DNA of 62,107 nt from Bacteroidota bacterium. GTDB taxonomy: Bacteria > Bacteroidota > Bacteroidia > JABEUT01. Positions 19,255-27,797 of the stretch are shown in pieces. Position 1 is the first letter of the stretch, and every line of letters begins with the position of its first letter. The stretch is taken from contig JABDAL010000006.1 in the NCBI GenBank assembly GCA_013289165.1, positions 171 to 62,277 on the forward strand, given 5' to 3'. Position numbers and translations under genes: made by a program. The notes beneath the pieces were generated by a model. That model did no database searches. It worked only from the letters and a program-made list of their open reading frames with translations, and was not told the DNA's origin.

Positions 19255-21369
19255 ATGCCTTTACCAACAAAATCTATATCCGTTTTTGATACGCCCATAG
19301 AATATCTAAAAGGCGTGGGGAGCCAGCGTGCCGTGGCACTTGGGAAGGACCTGAACATTCATACATTTAAGGACCTGCTCTATTTTTATCCTTTCCGTTA
19401 CGTGGACCGCACACGCATTTATAAAATAAAAGAAATAAATGCTGAATTGCCCTATATCCAGGTATGCGGAAAGATTACCCATGTTGAAATTACAGGCCCA
19501 AAGCGCAGGCAGAGAATGGAAGCCGATTTGGAAGATGATACAGGCCGCATACAATTAGTGTGGTTCCAGGGGATAAACTGGGTGAGTAAAAAAATGCGTC
19601 CCGATGCAGCGTATATTGTTTTTGGGAAGCCTTCTGTATTTAAGGGAAAGTTCACTATTTCGCATCCTTCTATGGAAGAGATGACAAAAGAGAATTTGGA
19701 AATAGTGAAAGGCCTGCAACCTGTTTACAGTACCACGGAAATGTTAAAGTCCAAGGGGCTTGAATCGAATGGCATTTTAAGATTAGAGCGTGAGTTGCTT
19801 TCAAAAATAGAAGATGAAATTACGGAGACACTTCCAACTTATATGGTAGAGAAATTGAGGTTAATGCCCCGGAAAGAAGCATTGAAAAATATTCATCTGC
19901 CAACAAGTATTGAAAAATTAAACCAGGCACAATTCCGGTTGAAATTCGAGGAATTGTTTTATATGCAGTTAAGATTATTGCGTAATAAAACAGAGCGGGA
20001 AGTTACAGTAAAAGGATTTGTGTTTTCGAAAGTAGATCAATATGTAAATGATTTTTATCATCGCTATCTACCTTTTCCACTGACTGAAGCACAAAAGCGG
20101 GTGATAAGGGAAATAAGGCAGGACATGGGCTCTGGCAAGCAGATGAATCGTTTGCTGCAAGGTGACGTAGGAAGCGGGAAAACATTGGTAGCCCTGCTTT
20201 GTATGTTGATAGCAATTGATAACGGTTTCCAGTGCTGTATGATGGCGCCTACTGAAATACTTGCCATGCAGCATTATGCTACGTTGAAAGAATCTTTAAA
20301 AGATATGCCTGTGCGCATTTCATTAATCACGGGCTCTAAAAAAGAAACGGAAAGAAAAATAATACATGAAGAATTGGAGAATGGACAAATGCAAATTGTA
20401 GTCGGTACACATGCATTGATAGAAGACCGTGTAAAATTTAGTAACCTGGGATTAGTGATTATTGATGAGCAACACCGCTTCGGAGTAAACCAGCGTGCAA
20501 GGCTTTGGCAAAAAAGCAGTCCCGCCCCGCATGTATTGGTGATGACTGCGACACCTATACCGCGTACACTTGCCATGACACTCTACGGAGATATTGATAC
20601 ATCAGTTATTGATGAAATGCCGCCGGGACGGATTCCTATCAAGACAGTACATAAATACGATTCGAAACGGAGTGAAGTTTTTTCATTTATCAAAAAGGAA
20701 TTGCAAAAGGGCAGACAGGCATATGTAATATATCCTTTTATTGAAGAATCGGAAAATTCGGACATCGAAAACTTAATTGAAGGATACGAAGAAATACAAA
20801 AGGCATTTCCCGCTAACACAGTTGGAATGGTGCACGGCAGAGTAAAATTGGCTGAGAGAGAAAGAACAATGGCAAAATTTGTGGCAAATCAAATACAAAT
20901 TCTTGTTGCAACCACAGTGATTGAAGTGGGAGTAAATGTCCCCAATGCAAGTATTATATTAATTGAAAGCGCGCAGAAATTTGGATTATCACAATTGCAC
21001 CAATTACGTGGACGAGTGGGCAGGAGTACACACCAGAGCTATTGCATTCTAATGACACCATATGAGCGGGGAGCTGATGCCAAAGCAAGAATAAGTATTA
21101 TGGTTGCGACCAATGATGGTTTTGAAATTTCGGAAGAGGATTTGCGCCTCCGCGGGCCGGGTGATATGATGGGCACACAACAAAGTGGTGTGCTCGATTT
21201 AAAAATTGCAAACCTTGCAAAGGATAGTAGCATACTCCGACAGGCAAGAATAATTGCGTCGGAAATTTTAAGTGAAGACAGGAGCCTGGCATCTGAAAAG
21301 AATCACGTACTGGCTGAACAGCTTAAACAGATACAGCAGGAGAAAGCCGACTGGAGCAGGATTTCATAA
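19255..21369 (+). CDS. recG: ATP-dependent DNA helicase RecG
   Basis: YLKGVG, OB/wedge domain, RLKFEELF, LQGDVGSGKT, DEQHRFG, MTATPIPRT, TTVIEVGV, HQLRGRVGR, DLRLRGPG. Confidence 0.98.
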   Translation: MPLPTKSISVFDTPIEYLKGVGSQRAVALGKDLNIHTFKDLLYFYPFRYVDRTRIYKIKEINAELPYIQVCGKITHVEITGPKRRQRMEADLEDDTGRIQLVWFQGINWVSKKMRPDAAYIVFGKPSVFKGKFTISHPSMEEMTKENLEIVKGLQPVYSTTEMLKSKGLESNGILRLERELLSKIEDEITETLPTYMVEKLRLMPRKEALKNIHLPTSIEKLNQAQFRLKFEELFYMQLRLLRNKTEREVTVKGFVFSKVDQYVNDFYHRYLPFPLTEAQKRVIREIRQDMGSGKQMNRLLQGDVGSGKTLVALLCMLIAIDNGFQCCMMAPTEILAMQHYATLKESLKDMPVRISLITGSKKETERKIIHEELENGQMQIVVGTHALIEDRVKFSNLGLVIIDEQHRFGVNQRARLWQKSSPAPHVLVMTATPIPRTLAMTLYGDIDTSVIDEMPPGRIPIKTVHKYDSKRSEVFSFIKKELQKGRQAYVIYPFIEESENSDIENLIEGYEEIQKAFPANTVGMVHGRVKLAERERTMAKFVANQIQILVATTVIEVGVNVPNASIILIESAQKFGLSQLHQLRGRVGRSTHQSYCILMTPYERGADAKARISIMVATNDGFEISEEDLRLRGPGDMMGTQQSGVLDLKIANLAKDSSILRQARIIASEILSEDRSLASEKNHVLAEQLKQIQQEKADWSRIS

Positions 21370-21386
21370 TGGCGAAAGCACAAATT

Positions 21387-21410
21387 AAAAAGGCTCCCGA
21401 AGGAGCCTTT
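21387..21410 (-). terminator. Intrinsic terminator, stronger on the minus strand; may also serve recG
   Basis: Minus strand reads AAAGGCTCC-TTCG-GGAGCC-TTTTT (cUUCGg tetraloop, U5 tail). The plus strand has only a U3 tail. Confidence 0.8.
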
Positions 21411-21414
21411 CAAC

Positions 21415-21504
21415 CTATTTCTTTTTCGAAGTTTTCTTCTTCGCAGGTTTCTTTGCAGCTGCTTTCTTTTTAGGAGCAGCTTTCTTTGCTTTCTTTGTTG
21501 CCAT
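21415..21504 (-). CDS. Histone H1-like Lys/Ala-rich microprotein (29 aa)
   Basis: MATKKAKKAAPKKKAAAKKPAKKKTSKKK*. A-rich leader (taatttaaaaaatcaacattATG) and a terminator immediately downstream. Below the ORF-track cutoff. Confidence 0.8.
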   Translation of the reverse strand: MATKKAKKAAPKKKAAAKKPAKKKTSKKK

Positions 21505-21843
21505 AATGTTGATTTTTTAAATTATGATACGAAATAAGGAAATAATCGGACAGAAAAAAGTCTTTCATAGGGGTACTTTTAAACACTCAAATGTTCATAA
21601 GCGTGAAATATGTTTTTAAAATTTCTCCGATAAAAATTTTGTAATATCTGAAAACGCCTTTCTATAGCCTGAATCAGGTGGAATAGAAAATCAGAAGTTA
21701 TTCTTATAAATCGTATTCCAAAACCGAACATGAAAGAAAAATATTTCAGGTCTTTTATATTTTTTCTTCAGAATGGGTGAAGTATCATTTCAAAAATTAT
21801 TTGGTTGAGAAGTATAGACTCTCCGAAACAGGCTACTATCAAT

Positions 21844-21873
21844 AAAAAGGAGCAAGTCAACTTGCTCCTTTTT
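21844..21873. terminator. Bidirectional intrinsic terminator after yceI-family gene
   Basis: AAAAAGGAGCAAGT-CA-ACTTGCTCCTTTTT perfect inverted repeat. Confidence 0.85.
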
Positions 21874-21894
21874 CAACTGCACATCGCAACAGTA

Positions 21895-22422
21895 TTAATC
21901 CTGCTTTATCATTTCAACATTCATTTCTAATTTCACTTCCTCACTCACTACAATGCTCCCTGCTTCAGTAGTAGCACTCCATTTCAAGCCATAATCTTTG
22001 CGATTGAGCTTTCCCTTCAATTCAAATCCTGCCATTTGTTTATTGTAAAAATTCGATACGCTGCCACCATATACTACATTGAGCGTAACAGGTAATGTCT
22101 TATCGCGTATGGTAAGGTCCCCCTTAAGCGTATAATCCATTCCATCTACTTTTGTGATGGAAGTTGAAACGAATTTTATTTTTGGATAAGCTGCAGCATT
22201 AAAGAAATCATCGCTTTTAAGATGATTGTCGCGCTGCTCAATCCCTGTATAAATACTGTCGACATCGGCTTCGAATATAATTTTAGCAGTAGTTAAGTCT
22301 TCACCATCCCATTCCATAGTGGAATCAAATTTTGAAAAGTGTCCGCCAAGCGTAGTTACTACCATGTGTTTTACTTTGAATTCAATGCGGCTGTGTGCCG
22401 GGTCAATTTTCCATGTGTTCAT
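21895..22422 (-). CDS. YceI family protein
   Basis: WKIDPAHS, F-x-VKHM, RDNHLKSDDFF..YP, GDLTIR, NRKDYGL. Confidence 0.94.
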   Translation of the reverse strand: MNTWKIDPAHSRIEFKVKHMVVTTLGGHFSKFDSTMEWDGEDLTTAKIIFEADVDSIYTGIEQRDNHLKSDDFFNAAAYPKIKFVSTSITKVDGMDYTLKGDLTIRDKTLPVTLNVVYGGSVSNFYNKQMAGFELKGKLNRKDYGLKWSATTEAGSIVVSEEVKLEMNVEMIKQD

Positions 22423-22433
22423 GTTATTTAAAT

Positions 22434-22886
22434 TTATTGGTTGTTATTTGATGATAATTTTTGGTCAATAGAAAAGTTTCCTCCCCCAGCAATTACCAAG
22501 GCAAGAGCCATGCCTAAAATAAGGATGTGATATTCGAATCCTTCACCTTTTTTGTCTCCACCCCAGTTCATGAAAAATCCATTTGCATAGGCTACATTAT
22601 AGATGATGCCCATAAAAAGTCCGAACACCCCAAGTGCTGCAACCCTTGTGAATGCACCCAGAATAAGCATGAGCGAACCGAAGAACTCTATCAGGATTAC
22701 AAAGAGCGCAGTTATATAATGCATGCCGCCTCCGGTGGTAAAATGATTCATAGTAGTGCTAAAGCCACCTCCTCCATACCACCCCAACATTTTTTGTGCA
22801 CCATGCGGAAATAATACACATCCTAGGACAAGCCGTATAATGGTGGGTGTCCATGTTGCATTTGTATTTATTATTCGTTTTATCAT
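22434..22886 (-). CDS. DoxX family membrane protein
   Basis: RLVLG..FPHGAQK, IEFFG, FFMNW, GEGFEYH, GGGNFSID. Confidence 0.92.
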   Translation of the reverse strand: MIKRIINTNATWTPTIIRLVLGCVLFPHGAQKMLGWYGGGGFSTTMNHFTTGGGMHYITALFVILIEFFGSLMLILGAFTRVAALGVFGLFMGIIYNVAYANGFFMNWGGDKKGEGFEYHILILGMALALVIAGGGNFSIDQKLSSNNNQ

Positions 22887-22923
22887 ATTTTAAATGTAAG
22901 TTGAATATTACCTTTCGTGAGTA

Positions 22924-22968
22924 CAAAGATAGACCGCCTGTATAAAATGCAACTTGAACTAGATTAAG
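22924..22968 (-). promoter_or_regulatory. -7 promoter (TATCTTTG) with upstream FNR/CRP-like palindrome
   Basis: caaagata at 22924-22931. CTTGAA-CTAG-ATTAAG at 22953-22968 resembles TTGAT-N4-ATCAA. Adjacent to the Crp/Fnr gene. Confidence 0.55.
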
Positions 22969-22971
22969 AAA

Positions 22972-23553
22972 TCAGGTACGGGCTATTTTATTTCGTATTT
23001 TACTAAGAAATTCGGGGGAGATTCCGAGATAGGAAGCAATATATTTCAAGGGTATTTGTTGGAAGATACCTGGATACTTCTTAATAAAAACTTTATACCT
23101 TTCCTCAGCCGGAATAGATATAGTTTGATCTATGCGCCGGGTTTGAGCTACAATGGCATTCTGAAATAGTATCCTGAAAAAGCGTTCAAATTTCGGGATG
23201 CGTTCATATATTTCTTCCATATCTTTTTTTCGTATCTCAAAAACTTCTGTCGGTATAAGCGCATCTAAAATATGTTTAGCAGGTGTTTCTGTAAGATAAC
23301 TATACAAGTCAGATATCCACCAGTCGGTAGGGCCGAATGCAATAATATGTTCTTTGCCGTTTTCGTCAATGGAAAAATTACGAAGGCAACCTTCAATCAC
23401 ATAATATTGGTTTTTTGCAGTTTCACCAAAATATAGAAGAACCTGACCCTTGTCAAGCTTTTTATAGTGCAGGATAGAGATAAAATCCTGTTTTTCGAGC
23501 TCATCAAGCGTGATGAATCTTGCAATATTTTTTAGTATGGTTTCTTCCTTCAT
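22972..23553 (-). CDS. Crp/Fnr family transcriptional regulator
   Basis: cNMP-binding domain (YYVIEGCLR..DENGKEHI) and HTH 'AEERY...IASYLGISPEFLSKIR'. Start set to MKEETIL to avoid overlap with meaB. Confidence 0.92.
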   Translation of the reverse strand: MKEETILKNIARFITLDELEKQDFISILHYKKLDKGQVLLYFGETAKNQYYVIEGCLRNFSIDENGKEHIIAFGPTDWWISDLYSYLTETPAKHILDALIPTEVFEIRKKDMEEIYERIPKFERFFRILFQNAIVAQTRRIDQTISIPAEERYKVFIKKYPGIFQQIPLKYIASYLGISPEFLSKIRNKIART

Positions 23554-23572
23554 AAATTTTGTGAGGGAGAGA

Positions 23573-24475
23573 TTAATATGTTGATACGAAACGGGAGAGA
23601 TTAAAACTATTGCCTGGTTCCTTTTCAATTTCCTGTTTTAGTTTTTCTTTGCTAATGTCTTCCATTCTTTTTTTTAGGATGAGGCGGTATGCTTTTTCTG
23701 CGAGTAATTTACTTTTTTCAGAAGGTTGCTTGTGTTGGAGATGTTTATTTATGCTGTTGGCTAAATTCTCTATGCCTTCATTTTGTGTGGCTACGGTTTT
23801 TATAACTTCTATATCTTTATTTTTTCCACTTTTCAGTGGCATTGTTTGATAAAGGTTTTTGGAAAATTCATCAGCTCCATCACGGTCTGCTTTATTTACT
23901 ACGAATATGTCGGCAATTTCCATAATTCCCGATTTCATAGCTTGTATTTCATCGCCTGCTTCAGGGGTAAGAACAAGCAGGGTAATATCTGCCAGTCCTG
24001 CAATCTCTACTTCCGATTGACCCACTCCTGCTGTTTCTACTAATATATAATCAAATCCTGCGGAGCGCATTAGTTCGGTAATTTCAATAGTTTTTGCAGA
24101 TAATCCTCCCAATGTTCCACGAGTCGCAAGAGAGCGGATAAATACCTGCTTGTTGTTGAAGTGTTCATTCATACGGACACGGTCCCCCAGGATAGCCCCA
24201 TTATTTATGGGTGAGCTTGGGTCAATACTAATTACACCAATGCCTTTTATTGATTTTTGTAACAGCACAGAAATAAGACTATTAACCAATGTGCTTTTTC
24301 CTGCACCCGGTGGGCCGGTGATACCAATTATGGGTGTATGAGCCGGGCTCTCCAGGTTGAGCAAAATATCTTCATAGCCTGGAAGGTCATTTTCTACAAG
24401 GGTAATAGCCCTCGCAAGTGCCTTTTTATCGCCTGCCTGTAATTCTGATAATATGCCCTGTATTTCACCGGTCAT
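23573..24475 (-). CDS. meaB: Methylmalonyl-CoA mutase-associated GTPase MeaB/ArgK
   Basis: ALARAIT, GITGPPGAGKST, DPSSP..GAILGDRVRM, FIRS, ETAGVGQSE, NKAD. Start at MTGEI after TATCTTTG. Confidence 0.93.
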   Translation of the reverse strand: MTGEIQGILSELQAGDKKALARAITLVENDLPGYEDILLNLESPAHTPIIGITGPPGAGKSTLVNSLISVLLQKSIKGIGVISIDPSSPINNGAILGDRVRMNEHFNNKQVFIRSLATRGTLGGLSAKTIEITELMRSAGFDYILVETAGVGQSEVEIAGLADITLLVLTPEAGDEIQAMKSGIMEIADIFVVNKADRDGADEFSKNLYQTMPLKSGKNKDIEVIKTVATQNEGIENLANSINKHLQHKQPSEKSKLLAEKAYRLILKKRMEDISKEKLKQEIEKEPGNSFNLSRFVSTY

Positions 24476-24543
24476 TGATAGCAAAGATAATTTAAACTCA
24501 TGTTCCCTGTCAATTTGGTACTTTTGTTGTAGAATTATTCCGC

Positions 24544-25293
24544 ATGATCCAGTTGTCAGCTGTTATTATTACCCATAACGAAGAAAAGAACATTGGCAGG
24601 TGCCTTGATTCGATAAAAGATGTTGCGGATGATATTATAGTAGTAGATTCTTTTTCCACAGACAGAACAGAGGAAATATGTAAAGAGAAAGGAGCCCGCT
24701 TTTTCCAACACGCTTTTGAAGGACACATAGAGCAGAAAAATTATGCAGTGAAATATGCGGCGTTTCCGCACGTATTATCGCTCGATGCAGATGAAGCCTT
24801 GGATGATACGTTGAAAAAAAACATACAAAAAGTAAAAGAAGACTGGAGATATGATGGCTATGAAATGAACCGCCTTACCAATTATTGTGGTACATGGGTA
24901 CGTCATTGCGGGTGGTATCCGGACTGTAAATTACGGCTTTTTGATTCGCGAAAAGGCAGATGGGGCGGGGTAAATCCTCATGATAAATATGAAATGCAGG
25001 AAGGCAGCACAGTTGAATTTTTAGAGGGAGATATTTTGCATTATAGTTATTACACTATTAATGACCATTACAAGCAGATAGAATATTTTACCACTATTAA
25101 TGCTGCAGCTTCTTTTAAAAACGGTAAACGTGCCCCTGTATTGAAAATGTGGTTTGCCCCGGTGTTAAAATTTATTAAGGATTATTTTATCCGGTTGGGA
25201 TTTTTAGACGGGTTTGCCGGCTGGCAGATCAGCAGGCTTTCTGCTTGGGCAACTTATGTAAAGTATAAAAAACTTAGAGCATTGTATAAGTAG
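24544..25293 (+). CDS. Glycosyltransferase family 2
   Basis: IITHNEE, VDSFSTD, LDADE, WYPD..RLF, GFLDG. Confidence 0.92.
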   Translation: MIQLSAVIITHNEEKNIGRCLDSIKDVADDIIVVDSFSTDRTEEICKEKGARFFQHAFEGHIEQKNYAVKYAAFPHVLSLDADEALDDTLKKNIQKVKEDWRYDGYEMNRLTNYCGTWVRHCGWYPDCKLRLFDSRKGRWGGVNPHDKYEMQEGSTVEFLEGDILHYSYYTINDHYKQIEYFTTINAAASFKNGKRAPVLKMWFAPVLKFIKDYFIRLGFLDGFAGWQISRLSAWATYVKYKKLRALYK

Positions 25294-25298
25294 TGCTT

Positions 25299-26567
25299 TT
25301 ACTCCTTGCACAAATTTATTTTTCTTCGTATCAGTTCAGTTTCGGCATTAGAGGATGTGAGGGTAAGAGCATGTTGAAAATATTTTAATGCTTCCTTTTT
25401 ATGCCCTGCTTTCAAATGCATCTCAGCAAGGGATGCATTGTAGTAACAATTTTCTGACATGCCATTTATTTTTTCCAGTTCTTCAATGGCTTTTTCATAT
25501 CCTTTTACTTCACCAAGTGCAATGCAACGATTTATACTAACTACAGGATTTTGTACACGGTTGGCAAGCGAATTGTAAAGTTTTAAAATTAGTGGCCAAT
25601 CGGTATCTTCGTATGATTTTGCATTAGCATGAACGGAAGCGATTGCTGCTTCGATATGATATTCGTGAATCAAATCCTCATAAGCAGAACGGTTCAGATA
25701 GTCATTGCCTCTTTCAATTAGAAAGTGATTCCACAGTTTTCTATTCTGGTCTTTCAGCAGGATAATAAAACCATTATCATCAAGCCGGGTATTGAAACGC
25801 GAAGCATGATAACACATAAGAGCAAGAAGGGCGTTGGTGTAAGGTTGGTTCGTTTTTTCGTTTTCAGTTAGTAGAATTGTAAGCCGCATAGCTTCTTCGC
25901 ATAAATCTTCTCGTATCAGCTTTTCAGGGTGGGAGGAGTTGTAGCCCTCATTGAAGAGTAAATACAATGCTTTTAAAACAGAGTCTAAACGGGCCGGCAT
26001 CCTATCTGCTCCCGGATAATCAAGTGAAATGTGTTCTTCTTTTATTTTTTCTTTGATGCGATAAAGCCTTTTTTGTATCGTTTCTTCATTACTGAGAAAT
26101 GCCCTGCCAATTTCTTTTGTACTAAGCCCGCAAAGAGTTTTCAGCATGAGGGTTATTTGTGCCTCCTTTGTAATGGCGGGATGACAGCAGGCAAACATCA
26201 TTCTCAGTTGACTGTCTTTTACTTCATTTTCTTTGAACATTTCACTCATGGCAGGGACGAGGGTATATTCAGATTTTAATAAGGGGGCTAGTTCGGTTTC
26301 TATTTTATGTTTTACTTTTTCTCTTCGTATCAGGTCTATGGCTTTGTTGCGGGCTGTGCGGTAGAGCCATGCCTGGGGGTTATCTGGCAGCCTGCCAAAT
26401 CTCCAGGTTTCAAGCGCACGGATAATAGTATCCTGCACAATATCTTCGGCTTGCTCAATATTGGCAAAACCGAAAACTCTTGTTAAAACGGCGACCATTC
26501 TTCCCGACTCGTGCCGGAAAAAATGGTCGACCAGTTTGTTCACTGTATTGTCTGACTGTTCAGGCAA
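25299..26567 (-). CDS. ECF sigma factor with C-terminal TPR-like extension (ECF42-like)
   Basis: AEDIVQD, PDNPQAWL..ARNKAID, DSQLRMMFACCHP, LYLLFNEGY, QNRKLW, EAAIA, YxxL...PVV. TTG start just after the YciI/DGPF gene. Confidence 0.9.
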   Translation of the reverse strand: MPEQSDNTVNKLVDHFFRHESGRMVAVLTRVFGFANIEQAEDIVQDTIIRALETWRFGRLPDNPQAWLYRTARNKAIDLIRREKVKHKIETELAPLLKSEYTLVPAMSEMFKENEVKDSQLRMMFACCHPAITKEAQITLMLKTLCGLSTKEIGRAFLSNEETIQKRLYRIKEKIKEEHISLDYPGADRMPARLDSVLKALYLLFNEGYNSSHPEKLIREDLCEEAMRLTILLTENEKTNQPYTNALLALMCYHASRFNTRLDDNGFIILLKDQNRKLWNHFLIERGNDYLNRSAYEDLIHEYHIEAAIASVHANAKSYEDTDWPLILKLYNSLANRVQNPVVSINRCIALGEVKGYEKAIEELEKINGMSENCYYNASLAEMHLKAGHKKEALKYFQHALTLTSSNAETELIRRKINLCKE

Positions 26568-26570
26568 AAC

Positions 26571-26921
26571 TTACATTTCCATTTTTTGAATCGGGCGTAC
26601 TTCTACTTTCCCGTTTTCATTGAAAACAGGGCAGCCTTTGGAAATTTCTACAGCCTCATCAATGTCTTTAGCATTTACAATCAGGTAGCCACCTACCATT
26701 TCTTTTGTTTCAGCATAAGGGCCGTCGGTTACTACTTTGTTTTTGCCGCTTACCTGCTTGCCGGTGGGTTGTAAGGGCTCTGCTCCTACCAGGATTCCCT
26801 TTTGGCCGAGCTCGCCCATCCATTTCATCCAGGCTTGCATGTTTTCCTGTGCTACTGCTGAATCATTTGCGTTGTGGGCATGATTGTCGCCCCCTCTGAA
26901 TAGATACATGAATTTTTCCAT
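26571..26921 (-). CDS. YciI/DGPF family protein
   Basis: VTDGPYAETKEMVGGY, EVRP. Typical partner of ECF42 sigma factors. Confidence 0.93.
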   Translation of the reverse strand: MEKFMYLFRGGDNHAHNANDSAVAQENMQAWMKWMGELGQKGILVGAEPLQPTGKQVSGKNKVVTDGPYAETKEMVGGYLIVNAKDIDEAVEISKGCPVFNENGKVEVRPIQKMEM

Positions 26922-26965
26922 GATGTTTTTGTTTTTAAGGTTTTTGATTTTTGAATTATGTTATG

Positions 26966-26994
26966 ATGACGATTGGGTTTTTAATATCCGGACA
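26966..26994 (-). promoter_or_regulatory. Putative ECF42-type promoter, copy 1
   Basis: Minus strand TGTCCGG-N16-CGTCAT, 44 nt upstream of the yciI-family ATG. Confidence 0.75.
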
Positions 26995-27018
26995 AGAAAC
27001 GAAAGAAATATTTTTATT

Positions 27019-27356
27019 TTATCCTACTTTTTTTCTGCTAATATCGCAAAGCATATCGGAATGGATGTTTAACCCAATATAGTTATATTATAAACGTGTT
27101 CGCTGGCAACCAGCCATATAATCTCACAGATGGCACGTTCATTATAATAGCTTTTCAAGCGGTCAAAAGTAGTTGGATGTACATTTTTATCTTTTACCAA
27201 CTCCGCTACATAGTCGAGCAATGCACGTTCCTTATCACTAAAAAGGGAACTTGTGCGATATTGTTCTACTTTACCATATTGACGACGGGTAAAATAATAG
27301 ACGAGCTTCATCATGAGCCCGTTAGGTTTTTCGACAGGAGGAAGAAATGTATCCAT
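27019..27356 (-). pseudogene. Carboxymuconolactone decarboxylase/AhpD-like gene with frameshift and probable internal deletion
   Basis: The frame ends at ...NITILG*, but adding 1 nt gives ...NIT-x-IGLNIHSDMLCDISRKKVG*. No CxxC is present. Abrupt join at YGKV|EQYRTSSLFS. Confidence 0.7.
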
Positions 27357-27384
27357 AGTTTTAGTAATTTAATTGTTTATGTCT

Positions 27385-27413
27385 ATGACGAAAAGGAGTA
27401 TATCTTCCGGACA
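27385..27413 (-). promoter_or_regulatory. Putative ECF42-type promoter, copy 2
   Basis: Minus strand TGTCCGG-N16-CGTCAT, 28 nt upstream of the ATG at 27356. Confidence 0.75.
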
Positions 27414-27505
27414 CAAGTTAACAAAAAATTATGAAGTATCTGTTACAGGAAAACGGATACCATTAAATCCATTACATTTATAACTAATTTCAAAATTAAA
27501 ATGGT

Positions 27506-27754
27506 ATGGAAGAAAAAGCCCCGGAGAAGAAAATACAAAAGGAAACTTTTAAGCGCTCTTTAATAAAGTCAGTTTCATACAGAGCTGTAATCATTGTACT
27601 TGATTTTTTTACGGTGTATTTTTTTACCGGAAAAGTAGAGGTAGCTGTAGGTTTTATGTTGGTGAGTAACACCTATACTACTATTGCCTATTTTCTGCAT
27701 GAAAGAATATGGAATAGGATAAAGTGGGGTAAAACGGCACTCGTTAATCAATAG
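27506..27754 (+). CDS. DUF2061-like small membrane protein
   Basis: RSLIKSVSYR...YFLHERIWNRIKWG. Confidence 0.85.
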   Translation: MEEKAPEKKIQKETFKRSLIKSVSYRAVIIVLDFFTVYFFTGKVEVAVGFMLVSNTYTTIAYFLHERIWNRIKWGKTALVNQ

Positions 27755-27797
27755 ATGGTATTTTAATTTGCAATGATTTTACTTTTGTCATTTTTCA

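Noticed and set aside
21505-21843. Possible sRNA or riboswitch in the long AT-rich gap
   Set aside because: I recognised no conserved motif or stable hairpin. It is treated as the upstream region of the microprotein gene.
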